A stretch of 64,000 nt of DNA, taken from the IMG/VR virus record IMGVR_UViG_3300017917_001123, positions 1 to 64,000 of that record; one strand, written 5' to 3'. The notes beneath the pieces are model-generated. The model was not told the DNA's origin. It ran no database searches and saw nothing but the letters and a program-made list of their open reading frames with translations. A program made the translations under genes and the position numbers. The first letter of the stretch is position 1. Each line of letters starts with the position of its first letter. This document shows positions 55,378 to 64,000 of the stretch, piece by piece.

Positions 55378-55821
55378 ATGCCGGCACTGAGTAAAACACT
55401 AAACTTCTATACAGATATCTATACAACAGGCACTACTGTAGTAATGACTACTACTAGTCAACTCAGCATGCCTGCTTATTACAAAACCCATAGCACCAGC
55501 AATCCTCCCTGGAATAAGCTAACATTTGCTAGCAATCCAGAAAAAGGCACAGGCTACTATGGTCTTTCTGGCGGATTACATACTGTAACATATTCAGTAA
55601 GTAACACCTTTGCCGGAACTGTTACAATGCAAGCTACTTTAGCCGCAACACCAGCGGAATCTGACTGGTTTGACGTAGACGGCACTAAGATGACTAGAGT
55701 TTATCAAAACACAAACTCAACATCTACAGTAGCAACAACATTCACAGGGAACTTTACTTGGGTTAGAGCCGTTGCCGAACTAGGGCAAGGTACGCTATTA
55801 AACATCAAGTACAATTACTAA
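55378..55821 (+). CDS. Putative virion protein (Thr-rich beta)
   Basis: TAAATA upstream; G.GYYG..GLHTV...FTGNF.WVRA. Confidence 0.6.
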   Translation: MPALSKTLNFYTDIYTTGTTVVMTTTSQLSMPAYYKTHSTSNPPWNKLTFASNPEKGTGYYGLSGGLHTVTYSVSNTFAGTVTMQATLAATPAESDWFDVDGTKMTRVYQNTNSTSTVATTFTGNFTWVRAVAELGQGTLLNIKYNY

Positions 55822-55822
55822 T

Positions 55823-56206
55823 ATGAAACTATACGAATTTTTTGGAACATGGCAAGCGAAGAACCCAATGGATGTTGATAATCCAATGGATAAGAACGGC
55901 GACGGTAATGTTACCCGAGAAGAAAAAGAACAATTCAAAAACGATCTTTTCTTTTATATTTTAGACAACGACGATATTCACAAGAAACAGTTCTACGAAG
56001 TAACAGAACAAATTTACGCAGACAAGAAGGTAGGCGAAAATGTTTGGATGCCGATGGTTAACAGAGGCTGTATGGAATATTACAAAGAACGCCACCTTCA
56101 AGACGATCCATCAGATTTGTTTACAAAGGAATTTAGAGAAGACCTTTGTAAAATGTTAGATGACCACTTCCGCAAAGACGTCTTAAAAGGCGAATACAAG
56201 TATTAA
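55823..56206 (+). CDS. Hypothetical protein with EF-hand-like loop
   Basis: DKNGDGNVTREE; N-terminus MKLYEFF. Confidence 0.65.
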   Translation: MKLYEFFGTWQAKNPMDVDNPMDKNGDGNVTREEKEQFKNDLFFYILDNDDIHKKQFYEVTEQIYADKKVGENVWMPMVNRGCMEYYKERHLQDDPSDLFTKEFREDLCKMLDDHFRKDVLKGEYKY

Positions 56207-56214
56207 GGACTGAA

Positions 56215-59091
56215 ATGCTTTTAACTGAATTTTTTAAGATTGTCAATGAAGGCGGAAACCTTGCTGTAGGTGGGCAAGAGGCTGAACAAATTAATTTAAA
56301 GGTTACTAACAGAAGTTATATTGTTCCTATCCTAAACGACCTTCTTTCAGGCATCAATAGTGCGTTCAATAAAAAATACAAGAAGCCCCTATGGAATCCT
56401 GAACTAATTCAAAATCAAAGATTCCTAAGCGGAAGTTCTCTACACTTTTTTAACGTAAGAGGAATTCCGGACGAGGTATTTGTACAAAAGAAACCAAAGG
56501 TTGGCGACATTGACACAATGGTTCCTAGAGAACTAGAAGCAGAACTAGAACAGTTCTTAGCAAGTATTCAAGGAAAGCAAATCGGTAGCGCAAAGTTTAT
56601 TGGCTTCCAGCGTGGTAACGAACAGTTCAGCAGTCTTTGGGAATTACAAGAACCTCCTATTAAAATTCAAATTGATTTAGAGTTTGTTGAATACCAGCAA
56701 GGTAATCCAACAGACTGGGCAAGATTTAGTCACAGCTCAAGCTGGGACGATATGAGCGAAGGTGTTAAGGGCGTTTTCCACAAGTGGATGATTAACGCAT
56801 TAACAAGTCTAACATCTCAAGACTTCTTACTTCGAAAGATGGTAGGCCGAGGCAACGCAAGAGCAGAACAGAATGTTCCTACAACAGACAACATGATTTC
56901 TTTTGCTGTTAGTAGTAAAGAGGGCGGTGGCCTACGTGCCAAGTACGAGCCAGTCCTAGATGCCAGCGGTCAGCCGCTAGTAGTAGACGGGTTGCCTGTT
57001 ATGAAGAGATTACCTACAACAGGCTACGAACAAGATCTAGGAAAGATATTTCAAGCAATATTAGGCCATAGAGTAAATGAAAAAGGTCTACAACAAGCGT
57101 TACCAAAAACTTGGTCATTTGTCGGATTGCTAGACTTAGCCAATTCTATCTTTACACAAGAAGAAAAACAAAATCTTGTTCAAAGTATGATCAACAAATG
57201 CTACGGACAAGGCGCACAGGGTTTATATAAAAACGATCCTGAAAGAGATTCTGCTGAAAAAGATGCGGCACTTAATTTAATGTTCAAGAAATTAGGAGTT
57301 CAACCTCCGGCAGACTTTAAGCAGATAAAAGCAGACTACGTAGCAAACTATCGTCGTGTAAGCGAAAGCCGTTTATTTGAAGAAGAGCCACAGGTAAAGG
57401 CACAGTTCCGCAAAGGCATGCCGCACTTACGCAACCTTAAGCCTGCGGACTTAATTGACTTCTTGGAAGAACTACACGAAAAGAACGGTGCTTTCAAATT
57501 AGCAAACATTCCGCTAAATGTTAAAGTTGACGGCTTTGGCGGACGGTTTGGAAAGAACAGCGAAGGTAAGCCTTTTATGGCAACTAGCAGAACAGAGCCT
57601 CGCTACGAAGCAGGCTTTGTTAAGTATCATCAACAAAAAGGCACAACAGATCCAGAGATCCTACAACGTGCTGGATTATTTGATCAGCTATTCAACGAAA
57701 TGATGAAGGCTGTTAAACTTGTCGACAGCAAGTTAGGACCAGACTTCTTAGTAAACAAACAAGTTACTTGTGAAGTTTTATTCTTGCCATTTGCTACACG
57801 TACAGAAAGCGGTCGACTAAAGTTTGTAGGAATAGAATACGACGAACTACCCAAGGGTGTTGACCTAGCCCTAGTCCCATTCCGTGTAACTGATGCCACA
57901 ACAGGAGATGATCTTCCAGATGGAGATCAGATTGTTGAAAAATTAACCACCTTAGGACAACAAGGTAGTGTTATGTTTATTAACAATAGTCTAACACAGG
58001 ACGAGGCATTAGATGTTACTGCTATTGTTCCGCCTATGGAGAACCTACAACAGTTCAAGGCTATGTTAGCAAGTCGTAAGCGTGATCAAGTTGCCGCAGT
58101 AAAGGCCGCAATGGAACCAGTTGGACTTGCTTTAGAGAAAGCAATCGGTGAGGATCCTAATATTGTAGGCAAAGACATCCTCGGTAAAGATTACGAAGGC
58201 ATTGTTATTAACACACGCATGGGTCCTGTTAAAGTAACTAGCCCAGAACAAAAACAAATTATTGCTAACAAGCAGGCCGCAAAAGCAACTGCTCGTCAAG
58301 AACAACCCCGAGACAATCAAAAGAAGGTAGCTGTAGTTGCTATCGGTAGTGCTATTGGGCACATGGGGCATCAACAACTATTTGATTTTGCTGTTAAGAA
58401 AGCAGATGAAACCGGTGGGGATCCGTATTTCTTTATCGGTAATGCTGAAGGTAAGGATGATCCTATTCCTGTACCCGATAAAGTTAAAACGTGGCATCTA
58501 CTCTATCCGCAGTATGCTAAGAACATTAGTGCAGTTACTATGGAGGGAGGGTCATTACTCCAAAAAGTTAAACACGAGCTAATTAATCCGTTGCCCAACA
58601 AACTTCCTAGATATACTACTATCTATATAGTTGTAGGTAAGGACAGAGAAATGATGGCAAATCAAATGGCTAGTGCTTTAATGAAAGCAGTTAATAAGTT
58701 TCCAGGATACGAAAACGTTAAAGCGATTCCATATGTAACAAGCAGAAGCGAAGACGAAGGCGGAACAGGAGTGAGTGGTACTGCCCTGCGCACAGCCATT
58801 AAAACAAAAACTCCGGAAGAAGCATTTGCAATATGGGACAAAGCATTTAATGGTGGTAACTTTGGTGCTGAAAAAATTCCGGCCGAATGGATTAAGCATT
58901 TAATGAGTGTAGCAAAACAGAATATGAATATTCAAAAGCCTGCTCCTGCTCAATTACCTAAGCAGGCAAAGCCACAGGTAAAACTACCACAACAACCTGC
59001 TCCACAACCAAAACGAGGCCAAGTTAATGTCGGCGAAGCGTGGGAAGTAGAAATTGCCAAAGCTATTTCTTTACTAGAAGGTAAGAAATGA
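56215..59091 (+). CDS. Multidomain nucleotidyltransferase (Pol-beta NTase + ligase-like KxDG + HxGH domain)
   Basis: GSS...GDID...QID; VKVDG...EGIVI...VKV; GHMGH...VGKDR...SGTALR. Confidence 0.7.
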   Translation: MLLTEFFKIVNEGGNLAVGGQEAEQINLKVTNRSYIVPILNDLLSGINSAFNKKYKKPLWNPELIQNQRFLSGSSLHFFNVRGIPDEVFVQKKPKVGDIDTMVPRELEAELEQFLASIQGKQIGSAKFIGFQRGNEQFSSLWELQEPPIKIQIDLEFVEYQQGNPTDWARFSHSSSWDDMSEGVKGVFHKWMINALTSLTSQDFLLRKMVGRGNARAEQNVPTTDNMISFAVSSKEGGGLRAKYEPVLDASGQPLVVDGLPVMKRLPTTGYEQDLGKIFQAILGHRVNEKGLQQALPKTWSFVGLLDLANSIFTQEEKQNLVQSMINKCYGQGAQGLYKNDPERDSAEKDAALNLMFKKLGVQPPADFKQIKADYVANYRRVSESRLFEEEPQVKAQFRKGMPHLRNLKPADLIDFLEELHEKNGAFKLANIPLNVKVDGFGGRFGKNSEGKPFMATSRTEPRYEAGFVKYHQQKGTTDPEILQRAGLFDQLFNEMMKAVKLVDSKLGPDFLVNKQVTCEVLFLPFATRTESGRLKFVGIEYDELPKGVDLALVPFRVTDATTGDDLPDGDQIVEKLTTLGQQGSVMFINNSLTQDEALDVTAIVPPMENLQQFKAMLASRKRDQVAAVKAAMEPVGLALEKAIGEDPNIVGKDILGKDYEGIVINTRMGPVKVTSPEQKQIIANKQAAKATARQEQPRDNQKKVAVVAIGSAIGHMGHQQLFDFAVKKADETGGDPYFFIGNAEGKDDPIPVPDKVKTWHLLYPQYAKNISAVTMEGGSLLQKVKHELINPLPNKLPRYTTIYIVVGKDREMMANQMASALMKAVNKFPGYENVKAIPYVTSRSEDEGGTGVSGTALRTAIKTKTPEEAFAIWDKAFNGGNFGAEKIPAEWIKHLMSVAKQNMNIQKPAPAQLPKQAKPQVKLPQQPAPQPKRGQVNVGEAWEVEIAKAISLLEGKK

Positions 59092-59381
59092 AACAGTATA
59101 AAATAACCAGCGAACATTTAAATACTGACAGTCCAGATGATTGCCAGCTAGATCCAAACGATCCAATTCACGAGCTAAAGGTTGTTCAATATTTGGCAGG
59201 GCTAGGTGCCCAACAACGTTTAGCAGAGTACAGAAATAGTTTAAATCAAGGTAGCAATATTACATTGACAGCCGCAGAAAATGCACGTATAATGCGTGAA
59301 CAAAACATTAAACCAGGAACACCAGAATGGTTTAAGTTATGGTTCAGCTTACCGTACTTTACAGGCGAGAAGAAAACATGA
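59088..59381 (+). CDS. Hypothetical phage protein
   Basis: IKPGTPEWFKLWF. Confidence 0.7.
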   Translation: MKQYKITSEHLNTDSPDDCQLDPNDPIHELKVVQYLAGLGAQQRLAEYRNSLNQGSNITLTAAENARIMREQNIKPGTPEWFKLWFSLPYFTGEKKT

Positions 59382-59686
59382 GAGCTGAACAATTTTTAAA
59401 CAAACAATGGTTGACTGAGGATTGGCAAAAGGTCAACAAGAAAGACAAAACAGACGGAATGAGCGACAAGGCTGTTAAAGCATATCGTCGTGAAAATCCA
59501 GGTAGCAAATTAAAAACTGCTGTAACCAAAGACCCAAGTAAAATTAAAAAGGGATCTAGTGATGACAAGCGCCGTTCGAGCTTCTGTGCTAGAATGAGCG
59601 GAATGAAGAAGGCACATGCCTCAGCAAAAACAAAACGAGATCCCGATAGCCCAATTAACAAAGCACTAAGACGTTGGAACTGTTAA
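59378..59686 (+). CDS. Small basic phage protein
   Basis: RRSSFCARM.GMK...INKALRRWNC. Confidence 0.75.
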   Translation: MRAEQFLNKQWLTEDWQKVNKKDKTDGMSDKAVKAYRRENPGSKLKTAVTKDPSKIKKGSSDDKRRSSFCARMSGMKKAHASAKTKRDPDSPINKALRRWNC

Positions 59687-59687
59687 C

Positions 59688-60521
59688 ATGAAGAAACCAG
59701 AAGTGTATCTAGATATGGACGGAGTATTGGCGGACTTCTTTACGGAGTACGCTAAACTTGCCGGAATTAAAAGCGGAAACTATAGAGACATTCCGCCTGC
59801 TAAGACTGATCCTACATTACAAAAAATGGTAGGTACAGATTTTTTTGCTCGTTTGCCTAAGTTTCCATCAGCAGACGACTTAGTGTCTATGGTTGTAAAG
59901 ATGTATGGACATTATCATATTTGCTCGAGCCCTTTGCGTGGAGATCACGAAAACTCAGAAGCACAAAAGAAAGTGTGGATTGAAAAACATCTAAATCCAC
60001 AACCTGTTGATATTGTTATTACTCCGAATAAAGCAAAATGGGCAGTTCAAAAAGACGGTACTCCTAACATTCTTATTGATGACAGAGGTAGCAATATTTC
60101 TGCTTGGGAGGCCGCAGGCGGTATTGGTATCAAATATCAAGCCGACGAGGACAGTTTACAAACCGTTGTTCAAGGATTAAGTCGTGCTAATAAAATCCTA
60201 AAAGGAGAAGAAAAGCACGAGCCACAAAAATTAGTAAGCAAAGATCGCAGTTTGCCAGTAGCAACACACGACAAACCAAATAGCGCATCAGATTTAACAA
60301 CTGTTAAAGAATACGTAAGTTCTTCAGCAGTAACCGGAGTAGCGGCAGTGGGCGGATCAAGTGCCAGCGTTGGTCATCAACTACAACGTAGAGCATTTAA
60401 TAAGTCTTATACAGGAAGCCCTACTACAGGAACAGGTAAAAAATCACCTAAACAACCAAAGCCTAAAATGCAAAAGCCAGGCACAAACGCATTAGATAGC
60501 AAAGGACCATTAGTAACATGA
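59688..60521 (+). CDS. HAD 5'(3')-deoxyribonucleotidase (NT5C-like) with basic tail
   Basis: YLDMDGVLADF, K..W, ILIDD. Confidence 0.85.
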   Translation: MKKPEVYLDMDGVLADFFTEYAKLAGIKSGNYRDIPPAKTDPTLQKMVGTDFFARLPKFPSADDLVSMVVKMYGHYHICSSPLRGDHENSEAQKKVWIEKHLNPQPVDIVITPNKAKWAVQKDGTPNILIDDRGSNISAWEAAGGIGIKYQADEDSLQTVVQGLSRANKILKGEEKHEPQKLVSKDRSLPVATHDKPNSASDLTTVKEYVSSSAVTGVAAVGGSSASVGHQLQRRAFNKSYTGSPTTGTGKKSPKQPKPKMQKPGTNALDSKGPLVT

Positions 60522-62002
60522 ACGAGAATAAAAAAGGCGTAAGAGCCAAAAAACATAAAGTAGCTCATATCGAGCCAAGCAAGCCTCGCAACTTTGTTGC
60601 TAAGAATGCTATTCAGGGCGGAGCAGGTGCTCACAAGGATAAAAAGAAAGCAATGAAGCAAGGTGATACTAAGCACAAGAAAAGTTATGCCGAACATCTT
60701 GACGTTATGTTAAAAAATGCGTTAACAGAAACTAGACAACTTAACGAAACAGGCCTAGACCCAATTCGCCGAATGAAGGCTATTCAATTCATTTGTAACA
60801 AGACAGGTTGGGAAAAGAATTACTTAGAACTAGCCAGCGACGAAGAATTAATGGATCTATACGTAAAAATTAAAAAAGGCGAACCAGTAGGCGAAGGTGG
60901 CGGAATCAGTAAAGATAAAGAAACCAAATTCCATGCTAAGTTAGACAAACTAGTTCACAACACATTTGGTAAAAGAAAAGACGAAAGCGTAAATCCAGAA
61001 TACGACGACGAAGCCGGTATGGCCGACAATAACTTAGAAACACTAGAACGTGCTGTTCAAGGTATTGACGACTTAATCAACAAAGGCGACAATTTGCCCG
61101 AGTGGTGCCAAGAAAAGATTGCTGTTGCTAAATCAATGTTAGTTACAGTTTGGGACTACATGAAGTCTGAAGAAGAAAAAGGCGTATCAGAAGGCGATGA
61201 CCAAAATGTATATAATGTCGACTGGATTGAAAAAGTTCGAGCTGAAGTGGAATCCGGAAGAGATTTAGACGATGCGTTAGATGATCTTCGATACGAATTA
61301 GAAAACGAATATGATGCTGACGAAAATACCGTAGCAAATATTTTAGCTAAAGTTGAGATTAACCTTTCAGACTTACGCTACGGCCTGGGAGAGCAACTAC
61401 AAAAAGTTTCAGAAGGTTCTAAAGTCGACCGCCAAGCAATGCACATTACTAAAAGCATGATGAAACGTCATGGTATGAGCCGCGACGAAGCCGAGGCTGC
61501 GGCCTGGGCACATATCAAGCATCCTAAAAAGAAAAAAGCTCGCAAGGAAAGCGTAGCGGAAGGCGCAATGGATGAACTTTACGCAGATTTATCTGATGCG
61601 TATAATAAACTTGCTCCAAGTATTGAAAAATACAAAGACAAAAAGGGTGCTGAAAATCTATATCAGACTTTAGCGGCAATCGCTAAACAATACGGTGCTG
61701 TTTCAGAATTTAAACGAATGTTAAATGGTGCTCAAAATCGTGCCCATTTAGATTACGATACTAACCCGGGCGGGTTTGAAAACTGGTTCTGGTACTTACC
61801 GTTTGCTGACGATCAAGTAGATGAAGCTTGCTGGAAAAATTACAAACAAATTGGTATGAAAAAGAAAGGTGGACGTACAGTTCCTAATTGCGTACCTAAA
61901 GAAGGTTGGACACACGACAGCTTGGCCGCACAATTATTTGAGCAAGAGTTAACCTACGAAGACAAGCTAAATAACATGTTAGCAAAGAAGATTCAAAAAT
62001 GA
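60518..62002 (+). CDS. Modular polyprotein-like head protein
   Basis: Short modules separated by [LVI]xE motifs; CWKNY..GMKKK...VPNCV module. Confidence 0.65.
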   Translation: MNENKKGVRAKKHKVAHIEPSKPRNFVAKNAIQGGAGAHKDKKKAMKQGDTKHKKSYAEHLDVMLKNALTETRQLNETGLDPIRRMKAIQFICNKTGWEKNYLELASDEELMDLYVKIKKGEPVGEGGGISKDKETKFHAKLDKLVHNTFGKRKDESVNPEYDDEAGMADNNLETLERAVQGIDDLINKGDNLPEWCQEKIAVAKSMLVTVWDYMKSEEEKGVSEGDDQNVYNVDWIEKVRAEVESGRDLDDALDDLRYELENEYDADENTVANILAKVEINLSDLRYGLGEQLQKVSEGSKVDRQAMHITKSMMKRHGMSRDEAEAAAWAHIKHPKKKKARKESVAEGAMDELYADLSDAYNKLAPSIEKYKDKKGAENLYQTLAAIAKQYGAVSEFKRMLNGAQNRAHLDYDTNPGGFENWFWYLPFADDQVDEACWKNYKQIGMKKKGGRTVPNCVPKEGWTHDSLAAQLFEQELTYEDKLNNMLAKKIQK

Positions 62003-62433
62003 GTGATTTAACTAAAGCCGCAAAAATAGCATTCGCAAGTGAATTTGCTTTTTACTTAAAAGCACAGAACTTCCATTGGAACGTCGAAGGTCCATTGTTC
62101 CTTCAGTTCCACGATTTATTTGGTAAAATTTACGGCGAAGTTTATGATAGTATCGACGCATTCGCTGAGCAAATTCGTGCCTTAGGTTCTTATGCTCCTG
62201 CGGCATTTAGCAAGCTCAGTATGCTAAGTCAAATAGACGATGAAGCAGATGTTTTGCCAGCAGACCAAATGCTTCAAGAACTTCTTGCTGATAATGAAAA
62301 AATGATTAAAATCCTAAAAATGGTTTTTGATCTTTCTGAACAACAAGGTACAAACGGTTTTAGTGATTTCATCGCCGGACGCATGGATGCTCATGCTAAA
62401 CACGGCTGGATGTTACGTTCTTCACTAAAATGA
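61999..62433 (+). CDS. dps: Dps/ferritin-like DNA protection protein
   Basis: FHWNVEG..F..FH..F, D..AE.IR, H.KH.WML. Confidence 0.93.
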   Translation: MSDLTKAAKIAFASEFAFYLKAQNFHWNVEGPLFLQFHDLFGKIYGEVYDSIDAFAEQIRALGSYAPAAFSKLSMLSQIDDEADVLPADQMLQELLADNEKMIKILKMVFDLSEQQGTNGFSDFIAGRMDAHAKHGWMLRSSLK

Positions 62434-62624
62434 AAATCAACCAACTACTAGAAAATTTCGCCGATGGTAAAAAGCCAGGCCGCAAAGGCTTGGCAAAACG
62501 TTCTGGAGTAAACTGTAAAGCATCAGTTTCAACTCTACGCAAGGTAGCTAAAAATAGCTCAGGCGAAAAACAACGTATGGCACACTGGTGTGCTAATATG
62601 AAATCTGGTAAATCTAAAAAATAA
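62430..62624 (+). CDS. Small basic protein
   Basis: MKINQLLENFADGK...HW..NMK. Confidence 0.7.
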   Translation: MKINQLLENFADGKKPGRKGLAKRSGVNCKASVSTLRKVAKNSSGEKQRMAHWCANMKSGKSKK

Positions 62625-62731
62625 GTGCGACCCCAATTTGCCCTGACGAATGCCAATTCGTTGATGCCGTACGAAGAAAAGTGGAAAATTCGTACATCTA
62701 GGATCCTCGGAAGCCACTTTAACAGTCGCAC
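62625..62731 (+). ncRNA. Structured ~107-nt RNA with pseudoknot
   Basis: GTGCGAC/GTCGCAC closing stem, two hairpins, AAAGTGG/CCACTTT. Confidence 0.55.
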
Positions 62732-62751
62732 AAAATATTTAACATCAAGAC

Positions 62752-62781
62752 TTGACTTTTATCTTAGCAGTAAAGTATAAT
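62752..62781 (+). promoter_or_regulatory. sigma70 promoter
   Basis: TTGACT-18-TATAAT. Confidence 0.65.
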
Positions 62782-62805
62782 TAAACACATAGGAGAACAA
62801 CACAC

Positions 62806-63108
62806 ATGAGCAAAATTTTTGGCGCACCAGAACAAGCAAAAATTAAACAACTAATTTCAGAAGGCGTTACTGTACTTCAAGAGATCGAGGATCTTAATGA
62901 AGGTCTCAACGATACTATTAAAGCAGTCGCAGAAGAGCTAGAAGTAAAACCGAGCATTATTAAAAAAGCAATTAAAATCGCACAAAAGGGCGACTGGGAA
63001 CGTGTATTCAATGAGTTCGATGATCTAGAAACTATTGTCGACATCAGCGGTCATGCTATTCGTCAAGACGACTACGATGCCCAAAACCCAAACCGTAGCG
63101 AGGACTAA
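62806..63108 (+). CDS. T4 DsbA-like dsDNA-binding protein
   Basis: I.E......I......D.IKAVAEELEV.P..IKK pattern; AGGAG RBS. Confidence 0.65.
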   Translation: MSKIFGAPEQAKIKQLISEGVTVLQEIEDLNEGLNDTIKAVAEELEVKPSIIKKAIKIAQKGDWERVFNEFDDLETIVDISGHAIRQDDYDAQNPNRSED

Positions 63109-63407
63109 TGGATCATATTAGTAATGTCATTGTTGACATTTATAAGTGGGCGGAGAGGGACTATCGCGAATGGCCTTTTAGGTTTGTTATCGAAGTCCTT
63201 GCCTGGGCTATTAGCATTGGCTGTAGTATTACTATGGCCTTTACTGTGCCTACTCCTCCTCTACTTATTCTATATCCCATCTGGATCTTAGGATGTGCGA
63301 TGTACGGTTGGGCCGCGTGGACTCGCGGTAGTTTTGGAATGGTAGCTAACTATATTCTGCTAACCACAATAGATACTATTGGGTTAGTGAACATGTTAGT
63401 TAAATAA
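63108..63407 (+). CDS. Three-TM membrane protein
   Basis: Hydrophobic segments. Confidence 0.7.
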   Translation: MDHISNVIVDIYKWAERDYREWPFRFVIEVLAWAISIGCSITMAFTVPTPPLLILYPIWILGCAMYGWAAWTRGSFGMVANYILLTTIDTIGLVNMLVK

Positions 63408-63415
63408 TAACGAGA

Positions 63416-63469
63416 AAGGTTTAGCGAGCCATAAGTCGCTGTTTAGAAGGTTAGCCGGCCATAAGCGGT
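63416..63469 (+). promoter_or_regulatory. Tandem hairpin operator upstream of DNA polymerase
   Basis: Two units AAGGTT(T)A + stem + GCCATAAG loop. Confidence 0.65.
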
Positions 63470-63479
63470 AGGAGAAAAA

Positions 63480-64000
63480 ATGAGTTACATCGATGCCATC
63501 TGGGATCGTGACAACGACGTTGTACGTGTCGCTGAACGTGATCCTAAAAAGGGTAGAATCTTCGTAGATTATCCAGCCCGTTATCAATTTTATTACCCCG
63601 ACAATAAAGGAAAGTACAAATCCATTTACGGGGAAAGTCTATCAAAAGTCACTTGTAAAACATTCAAAGACTTTATCAAAGAACAAAAAATCCACTCAAG
63701 TCACAAGCTATACGAAAGCGACATTAACGCTGTGTTTCGTGTGCTTGAAGAAAACTATCTAGGAAAAGATGCTCCGAAACTAAATGTAGCATTTTTCGAT
63801 ATTGAGGTGGACTTCGATCCAGAACGCGGTTACGCATCTCCAGACGATGCGTTCATGCCAATTACTGCGATTGCTGTTCACCTACAATGGTTAGATACAC
63901 TGGTCTGTCTTGCTATTCCTCCAAAGACACTTACAATGGAGCAGGCACAAGAGTTAGTTAAAGATTTTCCTAACACACATCTCTTTGAAAGCGAAGCAGA
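63480..64000 (+). CDS. Family B DNA polymerase, N-terminal/3'-5' exonuclease part (truncated by window)
   Basis: Open frame to edge: MSYIDA...YESD....R.L...AFFDIEVDFD...PITAI; AGGAG RBS. Confidence 0.85.
   Translation, partial: MSYIDAIWDRDNDVVRVAERDPKKGRIFVDYPARYQFYYPDNKGKYKSIYGESLSKVTCKTFKDFIKEQKIHSSHKLYESDINAVFRVLEENYLGKDAPKLNVAFFDIEVDFDPERGYASPDDAFMPITAIAVHLQWLDTLVCLAIPPKTLTMEQAQELVKDFPNTHLFESEA

Noticed and set aside
62643-62715. Hammerhead (CTGACGA) or SRP domain IV (TAGG.TCC..GGAAGC)
   Set aside because: No stem II closing onto GAAA; the SRP-like hairpin would have only a 2-nt loop and the overall shape is not an SRP rod
1-64000. CRISPR array, integrase/transposase, introns or inteins
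   Set aside because: No regularly spaced repeats and no recognisable motifs found by eye; weak cases could have been missed
1-64000. Stop-codon reassignment as in some huge phages
   Set aside because: Known genes are full length under the standard code and no suppressor tRNA is present in this window

Overview
The window is a gene-dense, mostly + strand segment of a large (jumbo/huge, T4-superfamily-like) tailed phage genome, probably infecting a Gram-negative proteobacterium (proteobacterial-type DnaK/ClpA, spanins, GmhD). Left to right it contains: (1) a tRNA/ncRNA region (tRNA-Gly, -Asn, two -Thr, an aberrant Leu-body tRNA and at least six ORF-free, strongly folded RNA modules) interleaved with 2OG oxygenases, methyltransferases, glycosyltransferases and GmhD; (2) DnaK, dCMP deaminase, a DNA methyltransferase, an exonuclease, MazG-like and YccA genes and many small hypothetical genes, often on leaderless sigma70-type transcripts; (3) a ParB-like + HNH cassette; (4) ClpP, QueD, UvsE and a degenerate SufC/SufD pair; (5) a 2788-aa tail/baseplate protein and neighbouring structural genes; (6) a DnaE fragment, GroES, clamp loader and PhoH; (7) an expanded GH19/spanin/holin lysis module; (8) DnaJ, PDF and ClpA; (9) a late cluster of apparent head-packaged, prohead-protease-processed polyproteins, including a triple nucleotidyltransferase; (10) Dps, DsbA and the start of a family-B DNA polymerase. 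The best candidates for undescribed biology are the structured-RNA island (2512-3214), the non-decoding Leu-type tRNA, the injected polyprotein cluster, and several cis-regulatory RNAs. All calls come from manual motif reading and base-pairing by eye; no database searches were run.
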